A DNA stretch of 59,417 nt from Spirochaetota bacterium (GCA_050298055.1 JBNKTL010000018.1:29065-88481), one strand, 5' to 3'; positions 47,606-57,905 are shown, counted from the stretch's first letter. Made by a program: numbers and translations. The notes: generated from the sequence alone by a model not told the origin.

Positions 47606-48583
47606 TTATGGTTTTTTGCTTATTTTAACTTCAACGGTTTCCGGGACAATAGTAATGATCTCCATTCCCTCCCTGAGATTGACGAAACCTGCCGTAACAG
47701 GCAGCTTAACAGTGACAGCTTCCTCCCCTATATTTTTCATTTCTTTTTTTAACCGTGCCGGGGAAACATCCACTGTAACAGATATATCCTCCGGAAAGAC
47801 CCTTTTCTTCCCGACAATTTTAATATAGACCTTTACCCTGCTGTTTACAACTTCGTACCTGTATTGATTACCCTGTTTCAGGAGTTTTACCGGAACGCTG
47901 AGACTTAAAAGATTGCCATAATCAATAATAGGTATTGTTACCCTCACTTTTGTTTCACTGTAAATGACATTTGTTTCAGGATCTTTTTCCAGTTCAACAA
48001 TTCTGTCGATATCCTCAAGCATTCCATCTACAGAAATGTTTTTCGTATATATATGATTAATACCTGAGACAATTGATTTGGAGCCTTTTATTATTATTGT
48101 CTCCGGATCAACACTGTATTTCCCGATCACCCTTCCCTCGGTCACCTTGCCGATAATCCTCGGTATCACAGCAACATTTTTCGCTATTTTTTTCTCAACA
48201 AGAATATTGACTGTTTTTTTCTTTACAATGACCTTTATGCTCACAGGGACCTCGTTTTTAATTATCTCAACAGGATAATCAAGGGCTTTCCCCACAACAG
48301 GCTTTGAAAGATTTACAACCGCCCTGATACTTTTCACATTAACATTTTTCAGGTACTCCTTTCTCCCCTGAAGGACAGCAATAACCGATTTATTTGAGAT
48401 ATCTGTGACTACCATATTATCAGGAAGGTTGCTTGTTATGATAGGTATCCTGAAGCTTATGTCCCCTGTTTTGCTGTTTGCCAGGTATGCCCAGAGCGCA
48501 ACGGAAAGGAGAAGGCTCGCGACCTTGGCGGTAAAATTTTCCGTCAGGTTCAGAAATTTCAATATATCCTGGAAAGATTTCAT
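47606..48583 (-). CDS. cdaR: CdaR (YbbR-repeat) regulator of diadenylate cyclase
   Basis: K..SL.L...LW N-terminal TM, repeated beta domains, overlaps the cdaA stop. Confidence 0.85.
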   Translation of the reverse strand: MKSFQDILKFLNLTENFTAKVASLLLSVALWAYLANSKTGDISFRIPIITSNLPDNMVVTDISNKSVIAVLQGRKEYLKNVNVKSIRAVVNLSKPVVGKALDYPVEIIKNEVPVSIKVIVKKKTVNILVEKKIAKNVAVIPRIIGKVTEGRVIGKYSVDPETIIIKGSKSIVSGINHIYTKNISVDGMLEDIDRIVELEKDPETNVIYSETKVRVTIPIIDYGNLLSLSVPVKLLKQGNQYRYEVVNSRVKVYIKIVGKKRVFPEDISVTVDVSPARLKKEMKNIGEEAVTVKLPVTAGFVNLREGMEIITIVPETVEVKISKKP

Positions 48584-49383
48584 GATATACTGTACGTCTC
48601 CTCGTACGCCGTTTTCGGATTCATGAAGTAGAGTATCATGTTTTTCAGGTCGGCATTCTTCACCCGGGGAAAGATCTTCCCATTAACCATGATGGAGATG
48701 TTCCCTGTCTCCTCCGAGACTATCAGTACAAGTGCATCCGTCTCTTCCGCTATACCCAGGGCCGCCCTGTGACGTGCGCCATGTTGTTTTCTCAGCAGTT
48801 TAGAATCACTCAGAGGGAGATAACATGCAGCAGCGGCAATTCTCCCATCCTGAATGATGATCGCGCCGTCATGCAGAGGTGTCAGGGGGAAAAAGATTGT
48901 CCTGATAAACTCCTCGGTAATGGCCGAATCAACAAATACACCGGATTCGGCATAGCTCCTTAAACCGGTGTTTCTCTCAATAACAATAAGCGCTCCCACC
49001 TTCTCCTCAGCCATTGAAGTCAGGGAATTAACGATCTCATCCAGTGGAAAGAGCTCTTTAGCGGACTGGTTTGTAATCCAGTTCCTCTGACCAAACTGGG
49101 TAATCAACCTTCGCAGTTCAGGCTGAAAGAGTATTACAATTGTTATGACCACATAGGTGGTAAGGTTCTTAATAAGCCAGCCCAGTGTGTCAAGATGAAG
49201 GAGGCTCGAAATTATGGCTACAGCAAAGATTATGATAAAACCTTTCATGAGCTGTATTGCCCGCGTATTTGTCAGAAAGATATAAAGCCAGTAGAAGAGA
49301 AAAGCAACTATGACTATATCAAGAATATTTCTTATAATATCCCAGAGAGTAGAATGAATGATCGTATCGTATAAACTTTCCAT
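48580..49383 (-). CDS. cdaA: Diadenylate cyclase CdaA/DacA
   Basis: Three TM helices, FQPELRR, PLHDGA, GARHRAA, VSEETG. Confidence 0.96.
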   Translation of the reverse strand: MESLYDTIIHSTLWDIIRNILDIVIVAFLFYWLYIFLTNTRAIQLMKGFIIIFAVAIISSLLHLDTLGWLIKNLTTYVVITIVILFQPELRRLITQFGQRNWITNQSAKELFPLDEIVNSLTSMAEEKVGALIVIERNTGLRSYAESGVFVDSAITEEFIRTIFFPLTPLHDGAIIIQDGRIAAAACYLPLSDSKLLRKQHGARHRAALGIAEETDALVLIVSEETGNISIMVNGKIFPRVKNADLKNMILYFMNPKTAYEETYSIS

Positions 49384-50187
49384 CTATCCGGCAAATTCCA
49401 TAAACTTTATCAGCGCATCCAGGGCAAGCCTGTGTTCTTTTACATCGTGCACCCTGATCATATCAGCACCATTGAGAATAGATACAGTATTAAGGGCGAT
49501 CGTGCCCGGCAGCCTGCTTGGATTATTATTGTACAGTCTGCCTATGAGCGATTTGTTAGACAAGCCAATGAGCAACGGAGAGCCCAGTTCCCTGAACCTG
49601 TTAATATTATTCAGGATTTTATAGTTGTCTTCAAGTGTTTTTCCGAATCCGATCCCGGGGTCAAGCATAATTTTTTTTCTCTCGACTCCTGCTTCCACAG
49701 CCTTTTCCCTGGCTGTTCTGAGAAAATCTGATATCTCACCTATAAGGTCATCATAGACCGGGTCAACCTGCATATTGTCAGGCGTTCCCTTTATATGCAT
49801 CAGGACCAGCCCGGTATCGTATTTCGCAGCTAAACCGGCTATTTTTTCATCAAAAGTCAGGCCGCTGATATCGTTAATAATTGCAGCACCCGCCCTCACC
49901 GCTGCTTCCGCAACCTCTGATTTGCTTGTATCAACCGACAGGGGAATATCAAGCTCATGAGCAATCGTTTCAATGACCGGGCAGACCCTCTCTATCTCCT
50001 CCTGTGCGGATACAGGCTTTGATCCGGGCCGTGTTGACTCTCCGCCCACATCAATGAGATCGGCTCCCTCCTCTGCCATCCGGCTTGCCCTCCTTACCGC
50101 ATCCTCCACACTGATGTATTTTCCTCCATCGTGAAAAGAATCGGGAGTGACATTCAGGATGCCCATTATTTCAACTTTTCGTATCAT
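49384..50187 (-). CDS. folP: Dihydropteroate synthase
   Basis: MGILNVTPDSF, GGESTRPG, DPGIGFGK, RVHDV. Confidence 0.97.
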   Translation of the reverse strand: MIRKVEIMGILNVTPDSFHDGGKYISVEDAVRRASRMAEEGADLIDVGGESTRPGSKPVSAQEEIERVCPVIETIAHELDIPLSVDTSKSEVAEAAVRAGAAIINDISGLTFDEKIAGLAAKYDTGLVLMHIKGTPDNMQVDPVYDDLIGEISDFLRTAREKAVEAGVERKKIMLDPGIGFGKTLEDNYKILNNINRFRELGSPLLIGLSNKSLIGRLYNNNPSRLPGTIALNTVSILNGADMIRVHDVKEHRLALDALIKFMEFAG

Positions 50188-50198
50188 GTATTAGCTAG

Positions 50199-50270
50199 CC
50201 CCCCACCCCCCTCAGGGGGCGTAAGACAGTTTTCCATCATTCTCTTATGCCCCCTCAGGGGGTAAGGGGG
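50199..50270. repeat. G/C-tract palindromic element, copy 1
   Basis: CCCCCCACCCCCCTCAGGGGGCGTAAGA...TCTTATGCCCCCTCAGGGGGTAAGGGGG imperfect inverted repeat. Confidence 0.75.
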
Positions 50271-50282
50271 TCTTCTTATTAA

Positions 50283-51305
50283 TCAAAACAGTATCGTCAC
50301 TGACGCAATATTGTTATACCCGTAATCTATCTTATCAATGGTAAAAGCATAGGACACATGCACTCTTTTAATCTTTATCATCACACCGCTGGAAAAATTA
50401 GAATCGTTTAAACCGAGGTAGATATTTGCAGATTTCATAAGCTGGTACATTATCCCTGCATTGAGCTGAAACTCTTCCTGTTCAAGTTTTTTTATACCGG
50501 TAACAGCAATGGTAACACCCGTATCGCTTGTTATTGCCCCTCCGAATTTAAGGCTGGGTGAAGCAAAGTGATACTCGCTCTCTATCTCATCACTGGCTTC
50601 CATTGGATAGAGACCGCTTCCCATATCCTGTATGACAAACCCGATTTTCAAAAATGGCAGCATACTCACCTGTACGCCAATATCAGCACCGGCACCTGCA
50701 TATTGAGTATCAGCAATCCTCTCATAGAGCCCCTTGAGGGATATACCTATATTTGAAATACCCGCGGCCCAGCCCAGAGAGAGATATCCAACGGAACCGA
50801 TATATTTAAGGTCATTACCGAGATAATTACCGCTTTCATCATACTCACCGATACCGGTTGATGTAATTGAATAAAGCCCAACCCCCACAATAACATTATA
50901 TACGTTAAATGCAACCCCTGCAAAACCGGCATCCCTCTCAGCATCCAGCATTGCGGCAGATGTTCCTACCTGGAACACATTTTTATCATTTTTTTTCTCT
51001 GAAAAATTAAGGAGGTCCTGTTCTGAAATATCTCCCGCCTTCCCTGTCCTCGCCTTGTCCAGAATTTCCTTTTCCGTAAGTCTCTTTTTATCCTTCAATT
51101 CAGCGAGACCCGCGGGATTCCAGTAGATAGAAAAAACATCATCGGCAACAACTTCCGCCGCCCTGCCCATACCTACATATTCGGCACCAACCCATCCTCC
51201 CCGTGTGTATGCTCCCCTGCTGCCGGCACCATACGCGGAGAGCGTTTCAGGCGCCGTTAAGCCAAGAACCAGGAGGATTACTACTCTGTAACTGTTCTTT
51301 ATCAT
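50283..51305 (-). CDS. PorV/FadL-like (UPF0164-like) outer-membrane beta-barrel protein
   Basis: Signal peptide, GA...GMG.A...ADD..SIYWNPAGLA motif, amphipathic strands, terminal Phe. Confidence 0.8.
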   Translation of the reverse strand: MIKNSYRVVILLVLGLTAPETLSAYGAGSRGAYTRGGWVGAEYVGMGRAAEVVADDVFSIYWNPAGLAELKDKKRLTEKEILDKARTGKAGDISEQDLLNFSEKKNDKNVFQVGTSAAMLDAERDAGFAGVAFNVYNVIVGVGLYSITSTGIGEYDESGNYLGNDLKYIGSVGYLSLGWAAGISNIGISLKGLYERIADTQYAGAGADIGVQVSMLPFLKIGFVIQDMGSGLYPMEASDEIESEYHFASPSLKFGGAITSDTGVTIAVTGIKKLEQEEFQLNAGIMYQLMKSANIYLGLNDSNFSSGVMIKIKRVHVSYAFTIDKIDYGYNNIASVTILF

Positions 51306-51325
51306 AGACCGATATTTTTTTCATA

Positions 51326-51390
51326 CCCCCAGAAGGAGCGCAAGATATTTTTCTAACACTTTCTTATGCCCCCTTTGGGGGTTAGGGGGG
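51326..51390. repeat. G/C-tract palindromic element, copy 2 (degenerate)
   Basis: CCCCCAGAAGGAGCGCAAGA...TCTTATGCCCCCTTTGGGGGTTAGGGGGG. Confidence 0.68.
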
Positions 51391-51395
51391 CAAAT

Positions 51396-51812
51396 CTAAT
51401 ATTTTATCAACACCCGTATAAGTTTTTTCCCGAAATCCCCGGTGGTGGTGTTCTCCGCTGTGATCCTGATGATATAGAGTCCCGGTTTTACGAGCCTCCC
51501 GTTGTCGTTCCTTCCATTCCACCTTGCTTCTGAGGAGCTGAATTCTTTTTTTACAACAGGATCACCGTTTATATCGAATACTTCGATAACAATCCTGTCC
51601 ACTGAAAGGGCAGCAACCGATGGCGAATTTCCAATTGTAATATACTTCACGCTCCCCTTTTTCGGATTGAAGGGGACCGGGTAGGCAATAAGGTTCTTTG
51701 TGCTGAGCGCATAAATATCACCAGATACAAAAAAGAGCAACGCTATCGCTATTGCAGCACGTTGAATATTATGTGATAAAAGCAATCTATTCATTTTCAT
51801 GATTATACCCAT
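51396..51812 (-). CDS. Stand-alone FlgD-Ig / T9SS sorting-domain-like secreted protein
   Basis: Signal peptide then YPVPFNP, IEVFDING..V, WNGRNDNG..V.PGLYI. Confidence 0.78.
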   Translation of the reverse strand: MGIIMKMNRLLLSHNIQRAAIAIALLFFVSGDIYALSTKNLIAYPVPFNPKKGSVKYITIGNSPSVAALSVDRIVIEVFDINGDPVVKKEFSSSEARWNGRNDNGRLVKPGLYIIRITAENTTTGDFGKKLIRVLIKY

Positions 51813-51876
51813 TATTTTTTACCGCAAATATCATGAAGTTATTGTTTAAAATAGTGATTTTACACATTTTTCAAGT

Positions 51877-51992
51877 TTGTGTAAAAAGGGGGATAGGGGG
51901 ATAAAGAGGGGATTGTTTTAACTTTCTTTATCCCCCTATCTCCTCCATCTCCATATCTCCTTTTTTACACTCTATTTCTCTTTTCCTTCGTG
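51877..51992 (+). repeat. Purine/pyrimidine-asymmetric palindromic element, copy 1
   Basis: GTGTAAAAAGGGGGATAGGGGGATAAAGAGGGGAT ... ATCTCCTCCATCTCCATATCTCCTTTTTTACAC; inverted copy at 57906-58034. Confidence 0.8.
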
Positions 51993-52073
51993 AACTATGC
52001 GCGCAAAGTATAAATCCTCACATAAGTATTGATGAAAGTAAATAAAATTCGTAAAAAATGGTCAACAAATATT

Positions 52074-52895
52074 TCAGGGAGCCAGTTCACGGTGGGCAGA
52101 TTCTACAACCTCGTTAATCTCATGGAAAATTTCACCTTCTCCCGGGTTGTTCCCTGAATTATCGAAGTAAAGAAGAAACTCGATATTACCCGCAGGCCCC
52201 TTCACAGGAGAAAAAGTAAGCCCCCTGTAACCAATTTCCCTTTCCAGAAGAGAAATGATAACCCGGTTAAGGATCGCAATATGAACCGATTTCTCTCTTA
52301 CCACACCTTTTTTCTGTTCACTCTTTTCCGCTTCAAACTGCGGTTTTATGAGCATGATCCCTTCTGCACCGGGGAAAACTTCCTTTATTGTCGCATACAC
52401 CTTCAGGACCGATATAAAAGAGAGGTCGGCACTTACGAAATCTACCCGGTGATTGAAATCGGTTTTTTCAAGGCTCCTTGCGTTCCGTCTCTCCATGACA
52501 ACAACCCGGCTGTCATTTCTCAGTCTATAGTCAAGCTGGCCGTAACCCACATCCACAGAATAGACGACCTTCGCGCCTGCCTTGAGCATGCAGTCTGTAA
52601 ATCCCCCGGTGGAAGCTCCCAGGTCAACGGCATTTTTATTCCGGAGATTGATCGCGAAGTGTTTTAATGCCTTTTCAAGCTTAAGGCCTCCACGGCTGAC
52701 AAAGTTACCTCCGGGGCGGGAGATCTCTATCTTTTCGTCACCGGTAATGGCGTACGAAGGTGTTCTGACTGTTTCACCATTGACCCTGACCCATCCGGCA
52801 ATTATCTCTTTTTTCGCGCTCTCCCGGGATACTGACCTGCCGGTCTCAGAAAGGAATGAATCAATTCTCTTTTTTTTTTCATGGGAAAATGCTAT
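52074..52895 (-). CDS. tlyA: TlyA family rRNA 2'-O-methyltransferase (S4 + FtsJ domains); start codon unresolved
   Basis: Frame is open from 52895: KRIDSFL...SRESAK..I.AG.V.VNG, VSRGGLKL, DLGASTGGFTD, LIKPQFE, GPAGNIEF; no in-frame ATG/GTG/TTG before 52589. Confidence 0.88.
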   Translation of the reverse strand: MAFSHEKKKRIDSFLSETGRSVSRESAKKEIIAGWVRVNGETVRTPSYAITGDEKIEISRPGGNFVSRGGLKLEKALKHFAINLRNKNAVDLGASTGGFTDCMLKAGAKVVYSVDVGYGQLDYRLRNDSRVVVMERRNARSLEKTDFNHRVDFVSADLSFISVLKVYATIKEVFPGAEGIMLIKPQFEAEKSEQKKGVVREKSVHIAILNRVIISLLEREIGYRGLTFSPVKGPAGNIEFLLYFDNSGNNPGEGEIFHEINEVVESAHRELAP

Positions 52896-54769
52896 CTCTT
52901 TTTTCCTTTATTCTCTAAGATCTTTTTGACCAGCGAATCGGGATCCAGTTTGTAAAGTTTAAAAAGCTGTTCCATGCTTCCATGGGGAACAAATTCATCG
53001 GGGAAACCGAAGTTCTTTATGAACTTTCCCTTTAATTTAATATCAATCAGAGAGAGGATATGTTCCCCGATACCTCCGGATACCGAACCGTTTTCTATTG
53101 TAATAAACCCGGAGGTCTTACGTATCACATTCTCTATGCTCTTCAAATCAAGGGGTTTGAGGAAGAGGAGATTTAATACCGTTGCCTTGATTCCCTTCTT
53201 TTCAAGCTTATCAGCAACGTTCAGGGCAGTTTCAACCATATCCCCAACGGCAAGAATGGCAACATCCTTTCCCTCCCTGAGTTTTACCGATTTCCCAAGC
53301 TTCAGTTTCGGAATTTTACCATTGATTCTGTCAATTGGCTCTTTGCCTCTGGGGTACCTCACAGCTATGGGGCCGTCATTATATTCAGCGGCAAAGTGAA
53401 TAGCGCCCCTTAATTCATCAACACCGGCCGGCGCCAGCATGACAAAATGAGGGATATTTCTGATGATGGAGATGTCGAATACACCATGATGTGTTTCACC
53501 ATCCTCTCCCACAATTCCCGCCCTGTCTATCAGGAGCTTTACAGGCAGTTTCATAATACCCACGTCGTGTATCACCTGGTCAATTGCCCGCTGCAGAAAG
53601 GTTGAGTAGATCGAGACAAAGGGTTTCATCCCTGTCCTGGCCAGGGCACTGGCCAGGGTTATCATATGCTGTTCGGCAATTCCAACATCCAATACCCTGT
53701 CAGGATATTTATTTTCAAATTCCAGGAGACCGGTACCCAGTTTCATGGCCGCGGTGAGCGCAATGATACTCTTATCTTCTGCGGCAAGACCGGCAAGGGT
53801 CCTCCCCACAACATCGGAATAGGTGATACAGTCACCGTTATTCAGGGCCTTCCCTGTATCCTTTTCGAAAGGTGAAATCCCATGGAACCTGGCCGGGTCT
53901 ATCTCCGCAGGGAGGTATCCTTTCCCCTTTTTGGTAAGAACATGGATGATCTTTGGGCCGTAATTGATGTTCTTTACACTGTCGAACATCTCAAGAAGTG
54001 ATTCAATGTTGTGTCCGTCAACAGGCCCAAAATACCTAATACCCAGCTCCTCAAAGAGAAGACCCGGAATGATCATGCTTTTAAAACTCTCAAAAAACCT
54101 GTAGAGAAAATTATAGAAAGAGACCCCGATCTTCGGCATCCTTTTAACAAACTCCATTGACTTGCGTCTGAACTTGTTGTAGAGGCTGCCCGTAATGATC
54201 CTGTTAAAGTACTTTGACATGGCCCCGACATTTTTACAAATGGAATGGTCATTGTCATTGAGAACAATGATAATATCGTTATCCATATGTCCTATCTGGT
54301 TGAGCGCCTCAAAGGCCAGCCCGCTTGTGAGGGACCCGTCTCCAATGACGGCTATGACCTTGTGTTTTTCTCCTTTGAGGTCCCTTCCCAGGGCCTCCCC
54401 CTGTGCAAGAGAGAGACTGGTACTGCTGTGCCCCACATTATATAAATCAAAGGGAGATTCGGAAAATTTTGGGAAACCGCTTATCCCCTTAAACTTCCTG
54501 ATTGTATGAAATTTGTCCTTTCTGCCGGTGAGTATCTTGTGGGCATAGGCCTGGTGCCCCACATCCCATATGATCCTGTCCCAGGGTGTATTAAATACAT
54601 AGTGCAGGGCCAGGGTAAGCTCTACCACTCCCAGGGATGAGGAAAGGTGGCCTCCATTTTTTGAAACAACATCAATTATCAGATCCCTGATCTCACGGGA
54701 GAGCCGGGGAAAGTCTTCAATATTAAGCTTTCTGAGATCTTCTATACTATTAATTTTATCAAGTAGCAT
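52892..54769 (-). CDS. dxs: 1-deoxy-D-xylulose-5-phosphate synthase
   Basis: GGHLSSSLG, WDVGHQAY, GDGS..G.A.EALN, DVGIAEQH, DRAG.VG.DG.TH.G, RYPRG. Confidence 0.98.
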   Translation of the reverse strand: MLLDKINSIEDLRKLNIEDFPRLSREIRDLIIDVVSKNGGHLSSSLGVVELTLALHYVFNTPWDRIIWDVGHQAYAHKILTGRKDKFHTIRKFKGISGFPKFSESPFDLYNVGHSSTSLSLAQGEALGRDLKGEKHKVIAVIGDGSLTSGLAFEALNQIGHMDNDIIIVLNDNDHSICKNVGAMSKYFNRIITGSLYNKFRRKSMEFVKRMPKIGVSFYNFLYRFFESFKSMIIPGLLFEELGIRYFGPVDGHNIESLLEMFDSVKNINYGPKIIHVLTKKGKGYLPAEIDPARFHGISPFEKDTGKALNNGDCITYSDVVGRTLAGLAAEDKSIIALTAAMKLGTGLLEFENKYPDRVLDVGIAEQHMITLASALARTGMKPFVSIYSTFLQRAIDQVIHDVGIMKLPVKLLIDRAGIVGEDGETHHGVFDISIIRNIPHFVMLAPAGVDELRGAIHFAAEYNDGPIAVRYPRGKEPIDRINGKIPKLKLGKSVKLREGKDVAILAVGDMVETALNVADKLEKKGIKATVLNLLFLKPLDLKSIENVIRKTSGFITIENGSVSGGIGEHILSLIDIKLKGKFIKNFGFPDEFVPHGSMEQLFKLYKLDPDSLVKKILENKGKKR

Positions 54770-54943
54770 GAATAATACTGCGGTATTTTATTTCCTGAGA
54801 ATAAAACCACTGTTGCATATGTTAAAAAATTGTCAATTTAATATGAGGAAAAAATCAAAACAAAATATATTTGACACTCCTCTCATAAAAACGTTACCTG
54901 CTTCTCTGACATTAATGATCTGATATTGAACAGAACAGGTTTA

Positions 54944-56560
54944 ATGAGCATAAAAAAAATAGAGACCGATGCACTTGTAATAGGAGGGGGAGCAACCGGG
55001 ACCGGGATTGCCCGTGATCTTGCTCTCCGGGGAGTGAAAACCCTCCTTGTTGAAAAAGACGACCTTGCAGCAGGAACTACGGGAAGAAACCACGGTCTTC
55101 TTCACTCCGGGGCGCGGTACGCAGTGAAGGATCTGGAATCTGCGACTGAGTGTATAACCGAAAACAGGATATTAAAAAAAATAGCAAGACACTGTATTGA
55201 AGAAACCGGGGGTCTCTTTGTCTCCCTAAAAGAGGATGATCCCTCATACATTCCCCGTCTCCTGGAAGGATGCAGGATTGCAGGTATAAAAACAGAAGAG
55301 ATCAGCGTAAAAAAAGCTCTCAGGATGGAACCCGGACTCAACCCGGAGATCATGTCCGCAATCAGCGTACCCGACGGGCTCATAGATCCCTTCAGGCTTG
55401 CTGCCGCGAATATGCTGGGCGCACGGGAAAACGGTGCGTCACTCCTCACACATACCCGGGTCACTAAGATCGTCCTCAGGGAGGATAAGATTGAATACCT
55501 GGTATGCAGGGGAGAAAATACGGTTTATCATATCTACCCCGGAGTGGTTATCAATGCCGCAGGGATATGGGGTGAAGGGATATGCAGACTTGCGGGGATA
55601 AAAGTAAAGATGTTTCCCTCCAAGGGGTCCATGCTTATAATCGATTACAGGATCAATAACCTTGTAGTGAACAGGTGCAGGATGCCGGCCGACGGCGATA
55701 TTGTGGTCCCCGGGGACACCGTTTCCATTATCGGGACAACATCAAAGAAAATAAGCTATAACAAAATTGACCGTTTAAGCGTTGATCACAGGGAAATAGA
55801 GATCCTCCTTGATGACGGGAGCAGGCTCATTCCGGGTGTCAGGAAAGCCAGGGCCCTCCGTGCATATGCCGGGGTAAGGCCTCTTCTGGATGTATCGGGG
55901 AGCGGAACAGGAAGAGAGATCAGCAGGGGGATTGCACTGATCGACCATGCTGAGCGGGACGGCCTGAACGGTTTGATAACAATTGCCGGCGGAAAGCTGA
56001 TGACATACAGGCTCATGGCAGAGATGGCAGGCGATCTTGCATGCGGGAAACTGGGAATAAAAAAGAAGTGTATAACCCACCGCATTCCCCTCCCCGGCTC
56101 AGAATCCGGTTCCGGGGAAATGAAGAAAATAAAAAGATTCAGGGGTATCTCCACATCTGTGATAAACTCAACTTTCTACAGGCACGGGCAGAGAGCATTT
56201 GACGTCCTGAAAAAGGAGAAGAGAAACAGGAGACTCATCTGTGAATGCGAAATGGTAACAGAAGGCGAAATACTCTATGCTCTTCATGAACTCAATGCGA
56301 AAACAATCATTGACCTGAGACGAAGGACAAGGATCGGAATGGGCCCCTGCCAGGGTGAACTCTGCGCATACAGGAGCGCCGGTCTTCTTTCCTTAGCGGA
56401 AAAAGGTGAGAGGGATCCCCTGGAACTGCTGGAAGAGTTTCTCGAAGAGAGATGGAAGGGGCTGAAGCCTGTTCTCTGGGGTGACGGCCTCCGGGAAGCC
56501 GAGTTCACCTACTGGATATACAGGGGACTCATGGGACTGGGAGAAGAGAATAATGGTTAA
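54944..56560 (+). CDS. glpA: Anaerobic glycerol-3-phosphate dehydrogenase subunit A
   Basis: GGGATG, GTTGRNHGLLHSGARYAV, GGKLMTYR, CECE, RRTRIGMGPCQG. Confidence 0.96.
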   Translation: MSIKKIETDALVIGGGATGTGIARDLALRGVKTLLVEKDDLAAGTTGRNHGLLHSGARYAVKDLESATECITENRILKKIARHCIEETGGLFVSLKEDDPSYIPRLLEGCRIAGIKTEEISVKKALRMEPGLNPEIMSAISVPDGLIDPFRLAAANMLGARENGASLLTHTRVTKIVLREDKIEYLVCRGENTVYHIYPGVVINAAGIWGEGICRLAGIKVKMFPSKGSMLIIDYRINNLVVNRCRMPADGDIVVPGDTVSIIGTTSKKISYNKIDRLSVDHREIEILLDDGSRLIPGVRKARALRAYAGVRPLLDVSGSGTGREISRGIALIDHAERDGLNGLITIAGGKLMTYRLMAEMAGDLACGKLGIKKKCITHRIPLPGSESGSGEMKKIKRFRGISTSVINSTFYRHGQRAFDVLKKEKRNRRLICECEMVTEGEILYALHELNAKTIIDLRRRTRIGMGPCQGELCAYRSAGLLSLAEKGERDPLELLEEFLEERWKGLKPVLWGDGLREAEFTYWIYRGLMGLGEENNG

Positions 56561-56581
56561 CGATAATCAGGGAGCATTCCG

Positions 56582-57877
56582 GTGAAATATCACTGCATCA
56601 TCATCGGGGGCGGGCTGGCAGGTCTTACCTGCGGTATTCGGTGCGCAGGGGCGGGACTCCGTACTGCTGTTATTACCAATGGTGCAAGCGCCCTTCATGC
56701 CGCCTCCGGGTCTATCGACCTGCTGAGAACAGAGGGTGACAAATCAGGCAGCGGAAATATATTCGGTCATATTAAAAAGTTCACTCAAGAGAGACCGGAG
56801 CATCCCTATAACAGGGCAGGAGTGAAGCGGATAAGAGAAGCCATAGGCTTTATAAGGAATGAACTGGAATCCGCAGGGATCATCCTGAACGGGCTGGAGA
56901 AGAAGAACCATCTTCACCTCACTGCTCTTGGAAACGTAAAACAGACCTACCTTTCACAGAGAAGTCTCTTCAGCAAAGGTCTTTACAGAACATTCACTGA
57001 ACCGGGAGAAGCAGCTGTCATAAACTTTGAGGAGTTCAGGGACTTCTTCCCCCTCCTCGCCGAAAAGAATTTCAGGGAAAATCCGCTGTTGAAGAACAAA
57101 AAACTGGTTTTCAAAACCCTTAAACTCTCCGGCTATACGGAAGGGAAAAAAGATATTACGGAATTCAGGTCAATAGACCTGGCAAGGGTATTTGATACCG
57201 AGAAATATCTGCCCCGGCTGGCGGCGGATATTAAGAACCTGGGAGGTGATGCGGATATCGTTATCCTTCCCGATTTTATTGGGATTGACAATTACAGCAG
57301 GATCCACTCACGGCTGGAAGAATTGACCGGGAAATATATCGTAGAAGTTCCCAACCTTCCCCCCTCAATACCCGGCATGAGACTGGAGAGGGGGCTGAGA
57401 AGCATCCTGGCCCGGTATGGAGGTGAACTGACACCGGGTAAAGTCACGGGGGGCCTCATAAAAGACGGAAACCTCCAGTATATCAATACCGATGCAACCC
57501 CCGGATACAGATACATATCCGACTACTATCTCCTGGCAACAGGCAGTTTTTTCAGCGGAGGGCTCTCGGCAGGTTTCAGGAACATCAGCGAACCTGTTTT
57601 CGGCCTCAAGGTGACAGAGGGTGGAAAGAAGAAAAGCCGGTACGGTTCCCGGTTCCTGGGTAGCCAGGGACATCCTTTTATGGAGTTCGGGGTTGAAACA
57701 GACAGGAAACTGAATCCTTCAGTGGCAGGTTCGGGTCAGGTGAAAAATCTCTTCTGCGCGGGAGCGGTCCTCTCCGGTTACGACCCGGTCAGGGAATGTT
57801 CCGGCGGAGGCGTTGCCATCTCAACCGGGTACTACGCCGCCGAGCAGATCATTAAGGGATGTAAAAGAAAAAATTAA
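56582..57877 (+). CDS. glpB: Anaerobic glycerol-3-phosphate dehydrogenase subunit B
   Basis: IIGGGLAG, SALH.ASGSIDLL, LPPSIPGMRL, LATGSFFSGGL, GGGVAI. Confidence 0.95.
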   Translation: MKYHCIIIGGGLAGLTCGIRCAGAGLRTAVITNGASALHAASGSIDLLRTEGDKSGSGNIFGHIKKFTQERPEHPYNRAGVKRIREAIGFIRNELESAGIILNGLEKKNHLHLTALGNVKQTYLSQRSLFSKGLYRTFTEPGEAAVINFEEFRDFFPLLAEKNFRENPLLKNKKLVFKTLKLSGYTEGKKDITEFRSIDLARVFDTEKYLPRLAADIKNLGGDADIVILPDFIGIDNYSRIHSRLEELTGKYIVEVPNLPPSIPGMRLERGLRSILARYGGELTPGKVTGGLIKDGNLQYINTDATPGYRYISDYYLLATGSFFSGGLSAGFRNISEPVFGLKVTEGGKKKSRYGSRFLGSQGHPFMEFGVETDRKLNPSVAGSGQVKNLFCAGAVLSGYDPVRECSGGGVAISTGYYAAEQIIKGCKRKN

Positions 57878-57905
57878 AGAGGTTTCATACAAAGCCCACG
57901 AAGAA

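Noticed and set aside
52074..52895. tlyA as a pseudogene
   Set aside because: No internal stops and all conserved motifs are intact; only the start is ambiguous
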